The notes: generated by a model from the letters alone, not told the origin. Positions 1 to 10,669 are shown, counted from the first letter of the stretch. The stretch: 64,000 bases of DNA from Candidatus Limnocylindrales bacterium (GCA_036834865.1 DAITNC010000001.1:1939-65938); one strand, 5' to 3'. Numbers and translations: made by a program.

Positions 1-1153
1 CGAAGATCGTGGGCTCGAAGAAGACGCCCGCGTCGAGTCCCGGGCCGGTTGCCGCCCGCCCGCCGCAGACCAGCTCTCCCTCCCGGCGCCCGATCTCGAC
101 GTAGCTCTCGACCTTCGCCCGGCCCGCCTCGTTGATGAGCGGGCCGACATCGGTGGCCGGATCAGCGCCGTCGCCGAGGCGCAGCGCACGCGTCCGCGCT
201 TCGAGCTTCCCGAGGAGCCGCGATTCGATGGACCGCTCTACCACCACCCGGCTGCAGGCAGTGCAGCGCTGGCCCGCCGTCCCGAACGCGGACCAGATGA
301 TCCCGTCGACCGCCAGGTCCAGGTCCGCGTCGGCAAGGACGACGATCGCGTTCTTGCCCCCGAGCTCAAGGGAGACTCGCTTGAGGCGATGCCCGGCCCG
401 CTCCGCGATCCGCCTGCCCGTGGCCGACGAGCCAGTGAACGAGATGACCGGCACGTCCGGCGACTCGACGATGGCGTCGCCCACGTCGGCGCCGCCGCCC
501 GTCACGAGGTTGACCACGCCCGGCGGGAAGCCTGCCTCTGCCATGAGCTCGACGAGGAGCGTCGCGCAGTGCGGCGTGTCGGATGCCGGCTTGAAGACGA
601 CCGTGTTGCCGGCGACGAGCGCGGGCATCGTCTTCCAGGCCGGGATCGCCATCGGGAAGTTCCAGGGCGTGATGATGCCGGCAACCCCGATGGGCTGGCG
701 GATGCTCATCGCCCACTTGTCGGGCAGCTCCGACGGGACCGTGTCGCCGAACATCCGGCGCCCCTCGCCGGCCATCAGCTCGGCGATGTCGATCGCCTCC
801 TGGACATCACCGCGGGCCTCCGGCAGGACCTTGCCCATCTCCCTGGTCAGCGCCCGCGCAAGGCGCTCCTTGTCGCGGCGGAGGAGGCTCGCGTAGCGGA
901 ACAGGATCTCGCCGCGTCGCGGGGCCGGCGTTGCGCGCCAGGCCGGCAGGGCCGTCTCGGCGGCCCGGATCGCCATCGCGACGTCGGCCGGCGTGCCGGC
1001 CGGGAAGCGGCCCACGAGGTCCGTGCGGTCAGCGGGGTTCCGGCTCTCGAACGTGCGGCCGGAGCCCGAGTCGACCCACTCCCCGGCAATGAAGTGATGC
1101 CCGCCGACCGGGCCGAGCCCGGGGTCGGTGGTGGAGGATCCCGTCTCAGACAC
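1..1153 (-). CDS. aldehyde dehydrogenase family protein (partial; C-terminus beyond window edge)
   Basis: Reverse-strand translation gives the ALDH N-terminal pattern '...HHFIAGEWV...' and the diagnostic 'GIITPWNFP' motif near 600-700. Likely GTG start at 1151-1153, overlapping the thiolase stop. The frame is open to position 1. Confidence 0.75.
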   Translation of the reverse strand, partial: MSETGSSTTDPGLGPVGGHHFIAGEWVDSGSGRTFESRNPADRTDLVGRFPAGTPADVAMAIRAAETALPAWRATPAPRRGEILFRYASLLRRDKERLARALTREMGKVLPEARGDVQEAIDIAELMAGEGRRMFGDTVPSELPDKWAMSIRQPIGVAGIITPWNFPMAIPAWKTMPALVAGNTVVFKPASDTPHCATLLVELMAEAGFPPGVVNLVTGGGADVGDAIVESPDVPVISFTGSSATGRRIAERAGHRLKRVSLELGGKNAIVVLADADLDLAVDGIIWSAFGTAGQRCTACSRVVVERSIESRLLGKLEARTRALRLGDGADPATDVGPLINEAGRAKVESYVEIGRREGELVCGGRAATGPGLDAGVFFEPTIF

Positions 1154-2396
1154 GCTCGAACGCCATGGCCACCGACCCGCCCCCGCCCAGGCAGAGCGTC
1201 GCCAGGCCGTAGCGACCCTGACGGCGCCGCAGCTCGTAGAGCAGCGTCGCCACGATCCTCGCGCCCGACGCCCCGATCGGATGCCCGAGGGCGATGGCGC
1301 CGCCGTTCACGTTGACGTTCGCCCAGTCAAGCCCAAGCTCACGCCCGTCGGCGAGCACCTGGGCCGCGAACGCCTCGTTGATCTCCACCAGGTCGAAGGC
1401 GGCGATCGGGAGCCCCGTCCGCGCCGTGAGGTTCCGGACGCCGGCGACCGGCGCCAGGAAGAGCCAGCGGGGCTCGACCTCGCCCTGCGCGTACCCGACG
1501 ATCCGCGCCAGCGGGCGCAGGCCGTATTGCTCCACGACGCGCTCCGAAGCCACCACCGTCGCGGCGCCGCCGTCGGTGATCCCCGGGGCGTTCCCGGCTG
1601 TGACCGTCCCCGGCCCCGCGGCCGGCAGGTCCGGGTCGCGTGGGTCGGGCTGCGGCTGCGCGAAGACGGGGCGCAGCCGGCCGAGTGCCTCCGCCGTGGT
1701 GTCGCGACGGGGCGACTCGTCGGCCGAGACGACGGTCTCGCGGCCGCGCTCGTCGCGGACCATCACCGGGACGAGCTCTTCGGCGAAGCGGCCGGCGTCC
1801 TGGGCGGCAACGGCGCGTCTCTGGCTCTCCAGCGCGAACGCGTCCTGGTCCATCCGCGTCACGCTCGCCGACAGGGCCACGCGCTCCGCGTGGGTTCCCA
1901 TGTGGCAGTCCTCGACCGCGCACCAGAGCCCGTCCAGGACCGCCGCGTCCCGCAGCGCGCCGTCGCCCAGCCGATATCCGAAGCGCGCCTTCGGGAGCAG
2001 GAACGGGGCCCCGTTCATCGACTCCATGCCGCCGGCCACCACGAGGTCGGCATCGCCGGCCCTGATGGCCGCAGCACCGAGCATGATCGCCTTGAGGCCC
2101 GATCCGCAGACGCGGTTGATCGTCGTGGCCGGCACCGCGGCCGGCAATCCGGCGGCCAGCGCGGCCTGGCGGGCGGGGGCCTGGCCCGCGCCCGCCTGGA
2201 GCACCTGGCCCATGTAGACCTCGTCGATCACCGCCCTGGAGGGGAGCCCCGCGCGCTCGACGGCGGCCCGGATCGCGACGCCACCCAGCTCGGTCGCTGG
2301 GACGCTCGCGAGCCCGCCGCCGAACTTCCCGATCGGCGTCCGCGCAGCGGAGACGAGGAAGACGCGGCCATTCGGCCCGTCCGACGGCTGGATCAT
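1146..2396 (-). CDS. acetyl-CoA C-acyltransferase (thiolase)
   Basis: Thiolase signatures are present: 'VSAARTPIGKFGG', 'NVNGGAIALGHPIGASGARI', 'CLGGGGSVAMAFERV'. Start taken at the internal Met (MIQPSDG...), not at the long GC-frame N-terminal extension. Confidence 0.9.
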   Translation of the reverse strand: MIQPSDGPNGRVFLVSAARTPIGKFGGGLASVPATELGGVAIRAAVERAGLPSRAVIDEVYMGQVLQAGAGQAPARQAALAAGLPAAVPATTINRVCGSGLKAIMLGAAAIRAGDADLVVAGGMESMNGAPFLLPKARFGYRLGDGALRDAAVLDGLWCAVEDCHMGTHAERVALSASVTRMDQDAFALESQRRAVAAQDAGRFAEELVPVMVRDERGRETVVSADESPRRDTTAEALGRLRPVFAQPQPDPRDPDLPAAGPGTVTAGNAPGITDGGAATVVASERVVEQYGLRPLARIVGYAQGEVEPRWLFLAPVAGVRNLTARTGLPIAAFDLVEINEAFAAQVLADGRELGLDWANVNVNGGAIALGHPIGASGARIVATLLYELRRRQGRYGLATLCLGGGGSVAMAFERV

Positions 2397-2406
2397 GGCG
2401 GGGATC

Positions 2407-3615
2407 CTACCCCTGGCCGCGCCCGAGGACCGCGTCGGCGACGATCCCCCGGTGGACCTGGTTCGTGCCCTCGTAGATCTGGGCTCCCTTCGCATCCCGC
2501 ATGAGCCGCTCCACGCCCGTCTCGCGCGAGTAGCCGGCACCGCCGAAGAGCTGCACCGCGTCCGTGGTGACTCGCATCGCGGCGTCGGATGCCGTCCACT
2601 TTGCGAGCGAGGCCGAGGCGGCGACCTCCGCCCCGGGTGCGCCCCGATCGCGGGTCGCCGCCGCCCCGCGCGTCAGCGCACGCGCCGTGGCGACCTGCTG
2701 GGCCATCTCGGCGATCATGAAGCGGAGGCCCTGGAGTTCCGCGATCTCCGCGCCGAATGCCCGCCGCTCGTGCAGGTATGCTGCGGCGCGTTCCAACGCC
2801 GCGCGGGCAAGGCCCGTGCAGGCCGCCGCGATCGCGATCCGGCCATCGCCGAGCGCCGAGAGCGCCACGCGGTACCCCTCGCCCTCCCCGGCGAGGCGGT
2901 TCGCGGCCGGGACGATCGCGCCGTCGAAGACGAGCTCCGCGGCGGGACACGCCCTGATCCCCATCTTCTTCTCGTGCGCACCGAACCGGAACCCCGACGT
3001 CCCCTTTTCCACGAGGAAGGCGGTGATGCCGGCGGCGCCGAGCGCCGGATCAAGCGTGGCGAAGACGAGGTAGCGCTCCGCGTCCGGGGCGTTCGAGATC
3101 CAGATCTTCGTCCCGTCCAGTCGATAGGCGGCGGCCTCCGTCGACACATCCGCCCCGAGCTCCCGGCCGTCCGCCCCGAGGCGGGTGGCGTGCGTCCGCA
3201 GGGCTGCGGCGTCGGAGCCGGCACCGGGCTCGGTGAGGGCGAAGGCGCCGAGGGCCCGGCCGGCCTGCATGGCCGGCAGCCAGCGCGCACGCTGCTCGTC
3301 CGTCCCCCAGCGGACCACCGGGTTCTGGTGCAGGACGTGGACGCACAGGGTCACTGCGACGGCCATGTCCGCGGCCGCGATCTCCTCCACGACGACCGTC
3401 CAGGCGGCTGCGGACAGGCCGGCTCCGCCGACGGACTCGGGGAAGGGGCCGGCAAGCAGGCCCAGCTCGGCCATCGCGCCGACCAGCGAGCGGTCGAAGC
3501 GCTCGGCCTCGTCGCGCTCGGTCGCCCCGGGCGCGATCACCTCCCGCGCGAAGGCGCGGACCGTCTCGCCCAGGAGCCGCTCGTCGGGCCCTAGCCCATC
3601 GAACGCGTCGAGCAC
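2407..3615 (-). CDS. acyl-CoA dehydrogenase
   Basis: ACAD family features: 'FALTEPGAGSD', 'YEGTNQV...' at the C-terminus. Start trimmed to a GTG (VLDAF...) and is uncertain. Confidence 0.85.
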   Translation of the reverse strand: MLDAFDGLGPDERLLGETVRAFAREVIAPGATERDEAERFDRSLVGAMAELGLLAGPFPESVGGAGLSAAAWTVVVEEIAAADMAVAVTLCVHVLHQNPVVRWGTDEQRARWLPAMQAGRALGAFALTEPGAGSDAAALRTHATRLGADGRELGADVSTEAAAYRLDGTKIWISNAPDAERYLVFATLDPALGAAGITAFLVEKGTSGFRFGAHEKKMGIRACPAAELVFDGAIVPAANRLAGEGEGYRVALSALGDGRIAIAAACTGLARAALERAAAYLHERRAFGAEIAELQGLRFMIAEMAQQVATARALTRGAAATRDRGAPGAEVAASASLAKWTASDAAMRVTTDAVQLFGGAGYSRETGVERLMRDAKGAQIYEGTNQVHRGIVADAVLGRGQG

Positions 3616-3676
3616 GTCCCCTCCCCTCTCCTGGCGCCCGGCGCCGCGCGCCTCGCCCGGCCCGGTGTTCCCGCGG

Positions 3677-4540
3677 TCAGCCGCGCGGGTAGCGGAAGAA
3701 CCCCTCGCCGCTCTTCTGGCCGAGCTTCCCCGCGGCCACGAGGTCCGCCAGCGTGCGCGGTGGCGCAAAGCGCTCGTCGCCGAGATCGGCGTGCAGGACG
3801 TTCATCACGCCGAGCACGACGTCGAGGCCGATGAAGTCGGCGAGCGCCAGCGGACCCATCGGGTGGTTGAGGCCCACGCGGGCGCCGGTGTCGATGTCCT
3901 CGGCCGTTCCGATTCCCTCCTCGAGGGCGCGTATCGCCTCGGCCACGAGGGGCATGAGGATCCGGTTGACGATGAATCCGGGCCGGTCCGCCGAGACGAT
4001 CACCTGCTTGCCAAGGTCGGTGGCCAGGGCCCGGACCGCCGCGACCGTCGTCTCGTCGGTTGCCGAGCCGCGGATCAGCTCCACGAGCGGCATGACGGGC
4101 ACCGGGCTGAAGAAGTGCATGCCGCAGAAGGCCGGACGGCGGGCCGGAGCGAGCGCGGTCGCGAGGCGGTCAATGGAGATGGAGCTGGTGTTCGAGGCGA
4201 AGATGGAGCGCCCGGGCGCCAGGCCGTCGAGCTCTGCCCACAGCGCGCGCTTGACCGCCTCGTCCTCGAAGACCGCCTCGATCACGAGATCGGCCTCGCC
4301 GACAGCCGCGATCCGGTCCGTCGCCGCGATCCGGTCGGCGATTTCCTGGGCGGTCGTCGGCTCCAGCCGGCCCTTCGCGACGGCACGCCCCAGGTTCGCG
4401 AGGATCCTTGAGCGGCCAGCCTCGGCCCGGGCCAGCTCCGGCTCGTAGAGATCCACGGTTCGGCCCGCGGTCGCCAGCACCTGGGCGATCCCGTGGCCCA
4501 TCAGCCCGGCACCGGCCACGAACGCACGCTCGATCGACAT
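3677..4540 (-). CDS. 3-hydroxyacyl-CoA (3-hydroxybutyryl-CoA) dehydrogenase
   Basis: N-terminal Rossmann motif 'VAGAGLMGHGIAQV' and HBD-family C-terminal domain. Confidence 0.9.
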   Translation of the reverse strand: MSIERAFVAGAGLMGHGIAQVLATAGRTVDLYEPELARAEAGRSRILANLGRAVAKGRLEPTTAQEIADRIAATDRIAAVGEADLVIEAVFEDEAVKRALWAELDGLAPGRSIFASNTSSISIDRLATALAPARRPAFCGMHFFSPVPVMPLVELIRGSATDETTVAAVRALATDLGKQVIVSADRPGFIVNRILMPLVAEAIRALEEGIGTAEDIDTGARVGLNHPMGPLALADFIGLDVVLGVMNVLHADLGDERFAPPRTLADLVAAGKLGQKSGEGFFRYPRG

Positions 4541-4564
4541 GCCGGACAGAGTACGCCGCGCCGG

Positions 4565-5578
4565 TCAGGCGCGAGGTCGCCCGCCGGCCAGCGAGGCGAG
4601 CAGGAGGTCGGCCGCTGCGTAGGGGTCGAGCCGATGGTCGGCGACCGCACGCAGGGTCGAGGCCGTCGCCTCCCCGGCGTCCGGCCCGTGGAGACGGCCC
4701 CGGAGCCGTTCGGCGACGATCTCCCACACCTGCGCTTCGGCACGGGCGAGGCGCGCACCGTCTGCCAGGCCGTCGCGACCGGCCGCTCGATGTCGATCCA
4801 GCGCCGCGAGGAGCGCCGGGACGCCCTCGCCGGTCGAGGCGGTGGTGACCAGCACGTCGGGCCGCTTCGGGCGGGGATGGTCGGCGGCTTCACCGGGTGC
4901 GCCGGCGGTGGGACGAGGGTTCCCATTGGCCGAGAGCATCGCCCGCAGCTGGGCGGCCGTTCGCTGCGCTCCCGGTCGGTCGCCCTTGTTGACGACCACG
5001 ATGTCGGCGACCTCGAGGAGCCCGGCCTTGATGGCCTGGACCTCGTCGCCCATGTCGGGCGCCTCCAGTACGACGGTCGTGTCGGCCGCCGCGGCGACCT
5101 CCACCTCGCTCTGACCCGTGCCCACGGTCTCCAGCAGGACAAGGTCGAACCCGGCCGCGTCGAGGACCGTGGCAGCTGCCGTGCTGGTCGCGGCGAGGCC
5201 GCCGGCGTGCCCGCGCGAGGCCATGCTCCGGATGAAGACTTCGTCGTCGGACGCGTAGGCCTGCATCCGCACGCGGTCGCCGAGGAGGGCGCCCCCGGTG
5301 ATCGGCGAGGAGGGGTCCACGGCCACGACGGCGACCGCACGGCCGGCCAGGCGCGCCTCCGCGATCAGGGCGGCGACGAGCGTGCTCTTGCCAGCGCCGG
5401 GCGCGCCGGTGATCCCGACCAGGTGCGCCCGACCCGTCACCGGGTAGAGGCGCCGGAGGGCCACCTCGGCGGTCGCCGTCCGGTTCTCGACGGCGGTGAG
5501 GAGCCGCGCCAGCGCCCGGCGGTCACCGGCGACAGCAGCGTCCGCGAGCTCCGCCGCCCGGACCCCGGCCTCGCTCAC
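4565..5578 (-). CDS. meaB: methylmalonyl-CoA mutase-associated GTPase MeaB/ArgK
   Basis: P-loop '[12 protein letters not shown]', 'VVNKGD', and MeaB-family architecture. Its start overlaps the stop of the upstream B12-domain gene. Confidence 0.9.
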   Translation of the reverse strand: MSEAGVRAAELADAAVAGDRRALARLLTAVENRTATAEVALRRLYPVTGRAHLVGITGAPGAGKSTLVAALIAEARLAGRAVAVVAVDPSSPITGGALLGDRVRMQAYASDDEVFIRSMASRGHAGGLAATSTAAATVLDAAGFDLVLLETVGTGQSEVEVAAAADTTVVLEAPDMGDEVQAIKAGLLEVADIVVVNKGDRPGAQRTAAQLRAMLSANGNPRPTAGAPGEAADHPRPKRPDVLVTTASTGEGVPALLAALDRHRAAGRDGLADGARLARAEAQVWEIVAERLRGRLHGPDAGEATASTLRAVADHRLDPYAAADLLLASLAGGRPRA

Positions 5579-5982
5579 GCCTCGGGCGGCCGGACGTGGC
5601 TCCGGAAGTAGGCCGCGACCTCCGCGATGGTCGTGCCCGGTCCGAACACCGCGGCGACGCCCGCCTCGCGGAGGGCCGGGATGTCATCGTCGGGGATGAT
5701 CCCGCCGGCGGTCACCAGCACGTCGTCGAGGCCGCGCTCGCGCAGGAGTCGGGTCACCTTCGGCAGCAGGGTCATGTGGGCCCCCGACAGGATGGACAGG
5801 CCCACGACGTCGACGTCCTCCTGGAGCGCGGCGGTCGCGATCATCTCCGGGGTCTGGCGGAGGCCCGTGTAGACGACCTCGAACCCCTCGTCGCGCAGGC
5901 CCCGGGCCAGGACCTTCGCGCCCCGGTCGTGGCCGTCCAGGCCGGGCTTCGCGATCAGGACCTTGATCGGCCGTTCGCTCAT
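5575..5982 (-). CDS. methylmalonyl-CoA mutase, B12-binding (small/C-terminal) subunit
   Basis: 135 aa cobalamin-binding domain with 'DGHDRGAKV' (the DxHxxG B12 motif) and '[10 protein letters not shown]'. Confidence 0.9.
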   Translation of the reverse strand: MSERPIKVLIAKPGLDGHDRGAKVLARGLRDEGFEVVYTGLRQTPEMIATAALQEDVDVVGLSILSGAHMTLLPKVTRLLRERGLDDVLVTAGGIIPDDDIPALREAGVAAVFGPGTTIAEVAAYFRSHVRPPEA

Positions 5983-6009
5983 GCGTTGCTCCTCTGTCAG
6001 GCGGCGGCG

Positions 6010-6735
6010 TCAGGCGCCCGGCGCCCGCCGTCCGACGTGGGCAAAGAACTCGGCCCGCGTCTTGTCGTTGGTCCGGAAGAGGCCCAGGACATGGCTCGTC
6101 GTCATGACGGTACCCGGCTTGCGGACGCCGCGCATGCCCGTGCACAGGTGGGTGGCCTCGATGACGACGCCGGTTCCGATCGGGCCGAGGCGCGCCTGCA
6201 GGAAGTCCGCGACCTGCGCGGTGAGCCGTTCCTGGACCTGCAACCGGCGGGCGTACATCTCCACGATCCGCGGGATCTTGGAGAGCCCGATGACGCGGCC
6301 GCGCGGGATGTAGGCGACCGCGGCAGTCCCGAAGAATGGCAGGAGGTGGTGCTCGCAGAGCGAGTAGAACGGGATCTCCTTGACGATCACCATCTCGCTG
6401 TAGTCCCCGTCGAAGATGGCGCCGTTGATGAGCCGTTCCGGGTCGACGTGGTAGCCCGCGGTCAGCTCCGCGTACATGCGGTGGACCCGCCCGGGCGTTC
6501 CCAGCAGGCCCTGCCGATCGGGGTCCTCGCCGATCTCGCGCAGGATGCCGCGGACGGCGGCCTCGATGCGGCCGTTCCCCCCGGGCGTCCCGTCGTCGCG
6601 AGCCCCGTCGCCCTCGATCGCGGCCGCGGGGCCGGGCGCTCCAGGGCGGGCCGGCTCCGCGTCCTCTTCGCCGATCTCGGTCTCGATCTCGGCGACGATC
6701 GCTTTCACGTGCTGGGGCAGGTCTCGGTCGGGCAT
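6010..6735 (-). CDS. folE: GTP cyclohydrolase I
   Basis: FolE-family motifs '[10 protein letters not shown]' and 'HLCTGMRGV'. An N-terminal acidic extension makes the exact start uncertain. Confidence 0.85.
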   Translation of the reverse strand: MPDRDLPQHVKAIVAEIETEIGEEDAEPARPGAPGPAAAIEGDGARDDGTPGGNGRIEAAVRGILREIGEDPDRQGLLGTPGRVHRMYAELTAGYHVDPERLINGAIFDGDYSEMVIVKEIPFYSLCEHHLLPFFGTAAVAYIPRGRVIGLSKIPRIVEMYARRLQVQERLTAQVADFLQARLGPIGTGVVIEATHLCTGMRGVRKPGTVMTTSHVLGLFRTNDKTRAEFFAHVGRRAPGA

Positions 6736-6744
6736 GCTCGCATC

Positions 6745-7842
6745 CTAGCCCGATGCGGGCCGGTCCGCGGCCGGGTGTGGCGATGGGCTGACCGGCGAGC
6801 CGGGCGGCGGACCGGCCGCCGCGCGGATCGCCGCGACGACAGCGCCGGGCACGTAGCGCATCAGGTTGTGGCCGAGCCCGGGGAACGAGGCGGCGCGGAT
6901 GGGAGATCGGCCGCCGGCGGCGCGCGCCGCCGCCATCTCGCGGAGGCCGGCCAGGTGCCGTCCGGCGTCGTCGTCGCGGGCCGCGAGCGCCACGATCTCC
7001 GCGTCCACCGCGGTCAGGACGTCCGCCGGATCGTAGGCCCACAACGCGCCAACCGAGCCCGCCAGCGCGTGGGGGTGGATCGCCAGCTTGACCCGGCCCG
7101 CCGCCGTTTCGACGACCTCTGCCCGCGCGGCTCGCTCCTGGTCGGGACCCCACGTGGCCGGGTCGAATCCCTCCCCGTCCGCGAGCCAGGCCGCTGTCGA
7201 GCGGAGCACCTCCGGGGGTTCGGCGATCGCGGCGAGCCACTCGTCGGGCGACATCCCGGTCTCGGCCGGCAGGTCGGTCCACCCGCCGTCGACGAGGACC
7301 AGGCCGGCGCAGCGTTCCCCCAGCGCATTCGCGGTCCACGCGGCGATCGCCGCACCGTAGCCGTGCCCGACGACGACGAACGGCCGCTGGCCTGCTCCGC
7401 CGGGCGCTCCCGCATCGTCCGCCAAGGCGAGGAGGCCGGCGCCCTCGGCGACCGCGATCGCGTCCTCGGCCAGCTGGTCCGGTTCGTACCCGGCTGTCGG
7501 CGCGTCCGAGAGGCCGTGGCCGCGCGCGTCCATCGCAGCCACCCTCGCGACCGTTCGAAGCCGGCGCGCCACGGGCGCCCACGACCATGCGGTCTGGGCG
7601 AGGCCGTGGATCAGCAGGACGCCGGGTGTCGCCCCCGACTCGCCCGTCACCCGGCTCGGCCCGCCCCAGTCCAGGAAGTGGATCCGCACGCCCCCGTCCA
7701 TCGCGACCAGGTATCCCTCGGGCTCGCCGGCAACCTCGGTCGTCGGCGTGCCCGCATGGTCAGCTTCGAACGCCCGCAGCCCGGGACCCGTGAGCGGCCG
7801 GCCGTGCATGAGCTCCATGGCGCCGTAGGATAGGCGCGCCAT
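6745..7842 (-). CDS. alpha/beta hydrolase fold protein
   Basis: 'VLLIHGLAQTAWSW' and 'VVGHGYGAAIA' (GxGxG nucleophile-elbow-like). Start set at the internal Met (MARLSYG...), divergent from the 7841 gene. Confidence 0.6.
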   Translation of the reverse strand: MARLSYGAMELMHGRPLTGPGLRAFEADHAGTPTTEVAGEPEGYLVAMDGGVRIHFLDWGGPSRVTGESGATPGVLLIHGLAQTAWSWAPVARRLRTVARVAAMDARGHGLSDAPTAGYEPDQLAEDAIAVAEGAGLLALADDAGAPGGAGQRPFVVVGHGYGAAIAAWTANALGERCAGLVLVDGGWTDLPAETGMSPDEWLAAIAEPPEVLRSTAAWLADGEGFDPATWGPDQERAARAEVVETAAGRVKLAIHPHALAGSVGALWAYDPADVLTAVDAEIVALAARDDDAGRHLAGLREMAAARAAGGRSPIRAASFPGLGHNLMRYVPGAVVAAIRAAAGPPPGSPVSPSPHPAADRPASG

Positions 7843-8269
7843 GCCGAAGCGACGCCGCGGGATCCCGGCCGCCGACCTCGCCGCCCTCCGCCGGCGCCGC
7901 GAGGCCCGCCACGCCCGGTTCGAGGACCTCGTCGACCGCGCGCTCGCCGGCATCCCGATGCCCTTCGCGGCGGCGCTCCGGGAAGTGGCCATCGTCATTG
8001 CCGACGAGCCCTCGCGCGAGCAGCGGCGCGAGGAAGGCCTCGCGCCCGACGAGACCCTGTACGGCCTCTACGAGGGTGTGCCCCGGACCGAGTGGGGCGC
8101 GGACGACGTGCCCTTCCCGAACACCATCACGATCTTCCGGCTGCCGCTGGAGGAGGACTTCGCCGACCCACTGGAGCTCGAGGACGAGGTGCGGATCACG
8201 GTCATCCACGAGCTGGCGCATCACATGGGCATCGACGACGATCGCCTGGCCGAGCTGGGGGTGGACTGA
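7841..8269 (+). CDS. zincin-like metallopeptidase family protein (HExxH)
   Basis: 142 aa with 'VIHELAHHMG' zinc-binding motif; resembles small predicted Zn-dependent protease family. Confidence 0.7.
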   Translation: MPKRRRGIPAADLAALRRRREARHARFEDLVDRALAGIPMPFAAALREVAIVIADEPSREQRREEGLAPDETLYGLYEGVPRTEWGADDVPFPNTITIFRLPLEEDFADPLELEDEVRITVIHELAHHMGIDDDRLAELGVD

Positions 8270-8272
8270 CCG

Positions 8273-9304
8273 TCAGAGCCCCGCGATCGGGGCGGCCTGC
8301 GCCAGGAGGTCGCCGATGCGCTCGGTCGCCACGTTGCCGCCGCTGAAGACGACGCAGACACGCTCGCCGTCGCGCAGGGGGATCCGGCCGTGCAGGATGG
8401 CGGCGAGCGCCGCGGCCCCGGCGGGCTCGAGGACCTGCTTCATCCGCTCCGCCGCGAAGCGCACCCCGCCCAGGATCTCCGGGTCCGTGAGCGTCACGAT
8501 CCCGGCGAGATGACGCCGGCCGAGCGCCAGCGTCCACTCGCCCGCGAACGGGGCGTTCAGGCCGTCGGCGACGCTGCCGGGCGTCACCGGCACGACCGTG
8601 TCCGCCGCCAGCGCCGCCGAAAGGGCGTTGGATCTCTCCGGCTCGACGCCCCAGACGCGGGTCGCCGGGCGGCGCGTGGCGAGCGCGGTCGCGATCCCGC
8701 AGGCGAGGCCACCCCCGCCCACGCCGACGACCACGAGGTCGACGTCCGGAAGATCCTCGAGGATCTCCACGCCCACGGTCCCCTGGCCGGCGATCGTGAC
8801 GGGGTGGTCGAACGGGTGGATGAACGTCAGTCCGCGCACCTCGCGGACTCGCTCCATCTCTGCCCAGGCCTCGGCCGTCGTCGCCCCATGGAGGATCACC
8901 TCCGCGCCGTACGCCTGGCAGGCCGCCACCTTGGAGCGCACGGCCGTCAGGGGCATGACGACCACGGCGTTGATCCCGGCCTGTCCCGCGGCGACCGCCA
9001 CCGCGGCAGCGTGGTTGCCCGCGGAGATCGCGATGACGCCCGCCGCCTTCTCCGCGGCATCGAGCAGGGCAAGCCGCAGATTGGCGCCGCGGACCTTGAA
9101 CGAGCCGGTCGCCTGGAGGTGTTCCGCCTTCGCGTACACCGTCCCGCCGGCGAGGTGGACGCCGCTCGCCGCCAGCACGACGCGGGCGGCCGTCCGCGAG
9201 GTGAGCAGGGGCGTTCGGTCGACGCGGCCGGCGAGCATCCTGGCCGCCTCGTCGAAGGCCTCGGGCCGGATCGTGTGGGCAGCCGGGTCGAAGTCGATGG
9301 GCAT
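8273..9304 (-). CDS. threonine/serine dehydratase (PLP-dependent, catabolic type)
   Basis: 'SFKVRGA' PLP-lysine motif and 'GGGGL' glycine loop. No C-terminal ACT regulatory domain. Start trimmed to MPIDFDP... Confidence 0.8.
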   Translation of the reverse strand: MPIDFDPAAHTIRPEAFDEAARMLAGRVDRTPLLTSRTAARVVLAASGVHLAGGTVYAKAEHLQATGSFKVRGANLRLALLDAAEKAAGVIAISAGNHAAAVAVAAGQAGINAVVVMPLTAVRSKVAACQAYGAEVILHGATTAEAWAEMERVREVRGLTFIHPFDHPVTIAGQGTVGVEILEDLPDVDLVVVGVGGGGLACGIATALATRRPATRVWGVEPERSNALSAALAADTVVPVTPGSVADGLNAPFAGEWTLALGRRHLAGIVTLTDPEILGGVRFAAERMKQVLEPAGAAALAAILHGRIPLRDGERVCVVFSGGNVATERIGDLLAQAAPIAGL

Positions 9305-9446
9305 GGCGCGGAGTATCGCCGACGATCGCGCGGCGCGCCGGATCTCTGCGCGCGACGGGACGCGCGTCTCCGGGTGGCACTGTCTCCGGGTGGCACTGTC
9401 ACGGGGCACACTTGCATGATTGCGCAAGTGATGAGATACTCCGCCC

Positions 9447-9746
9447 GTGGTCACCGCACAGCACGCGAACACCGACGCCGACCGGCAGCGAGCCGCCGTC
9501 ATCGGGCGCGCGCTCGCCGACCCGAAACGGCTGTGCGTCCTCGAGACGCTTGCCGTCGGCGAGTTCTCCGTGTCGGAGCTCTCGGCGTCCGTCGGCTGCC
9601 ACGTGCCGAACATGTCCCAGCACCTGGCCGTCCTGCGGAGCGCCGGCCTCGTGAGCACCCGCCGCGACGGGAGCACCGTCTACTACCGAATCGCGGACCC
9701 GCGTGTCCTCGAAGCGTACCGTCTCATCTGTGGACTGGCCGGCTAA
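9447..9746 (+). CDS. ArsR-family transcriptional regulator
   Basis: 99 aa winged HTH: 'LADPKRLCVLETL...FSVSELSASVGCHVPNMSQHLAVLRSAGLV'. Confidence 0.8.
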   Translation: MVTAQHANTDADRQRAAVIGRALADPKRLCVLETLAVGEFSVSELSASVGCHVPNMSQHLAVLRSAGLVSTRRDGSTVYYRIADPRVLEAYRLICGLAG

Positions 9747-9789
9747 GGCCATCCCCGCCCCGTTAGCCCGGGAGAAAGGGTTCCGACCG

Positions 9790-10134
9790 ATGGTCGAGAT
9801 CAAGCACGCAACCGACACCACCTTCGACGAGCTCGTCCTGAAGTCCGCCCGTCCGGTGATCGTCGACTTCTGGGCTGCCTGGTGCGGGCCCTGCAAGCTC
9901 GTCGCCCCTGAGCTCGAGAAGCTCGCCAAGAAGTACGACGGCGCCGTGGACGTCGTCAAGGTTGACGTCGACGCCAACCCCGGCCTCAGCCGGGCCTTCA
10001 ACATCATGAGCATCCCGACCATCGCGTTCTTCCCGGGCGAGGGCAAGCAGCCGATGGGCGTCGTCGGCTTCCAGCCCGCCGACCAGCTCGAGCAGCGCTT
10101 CGGCCTGCCGACCTACGCGAAGATCGCCGACTGA
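9790..10134 (+). CDS. trxA: thioredoxin
   Basis: 'WAAWCGPCK' active site; about 114 aa from the internal Met. Confidence 0.9.
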   Translation: MVEIKHATDTTFDELVLKSARPVIVDFWAAWCGPCKLVAPELEKLAKKYDGAVDVVKVDVDANPGLSRAFNIMSIPTIAFFPGEGKQPMGVVGFQPADQLEQRFGLPTYAKIAD

Positions 10135-10270
10135 TCCCTCGCGCGCGGCTCTTCCCGCCCCGCGCAGGCCGCTCGACCGGCCCGCTCGGCCAAGCCGCTC
10201 GGGGCGGTCGGATTCCGGGGCAGGCCGCGGGACTGCACGGCCCGCGCGTCCGCCACCTGGACGGCGGTCG

Positions 10271-10669
10271 TCAGCTGGCCGGGTCGTCCCGGTCGTCGTC
10301 GACGTCTGCTTCGTCCTCGAGCTCGTCCGCGACGGTGTCCACTCCGGCGACGCCAGACAGCTCCGCGTCGACGCGCCGCCAGGCACTTTCGAGCCAGGCG
10401 AGCGCACGGTCGCGGGCGTGGCCGTCGAGCCGCGCCGGCGCGAACCGCACCCAGCCGGCGCCCCGCGGCGACGAGGTGACGTCCGGGGTCCGCAGCGCTG
10501 CCGCGCCCACCTCGTCGCGAAGGTGGAACTCCGCGGCGCCGCCCGCGTCGGACGTGAACAGGACGTCGTCCAGGTAGTAGTCGGTCCCCTTCCGCGTCGG
10601 GACCGCCACCGCGCCCTCGAGCAGGCCCGCCTGCTCCGCGAGGAGCGCCGAGAGCGTCGGCCCGGTCAT
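10271..10669 (-). CDS. hypothetical protein (acidic C-terminus)
   Basis: High GC3 frame with an ATGA overlap to the upstream gene. No recognisable family. Confidence 0.45.
   Translation of the reverse strand: MTGPTLSALLAEQAGLLEGAVAVPTRKGTDYYLDDVLFTSDAGGAAEFHLRDEVGAAALRTPDVTSSPRGAGWVRFAPARLDGHARDRALAWLESAWRRVDAELSGVAGVDTVADELEDEADVDDDRDDPAS

Noticed and set aside
5596-7833. 745-aa plus-strand ORF (and the 634-aa minus ORF 5684..7588) spanning folE and the hydrolase
   Set aside because: Arg/Gly/Asp-rich nonsense composition typical of antisense frames in 70 % GC DNA. Overlaps the well-supported folE and hydrolase genes on the other strand.
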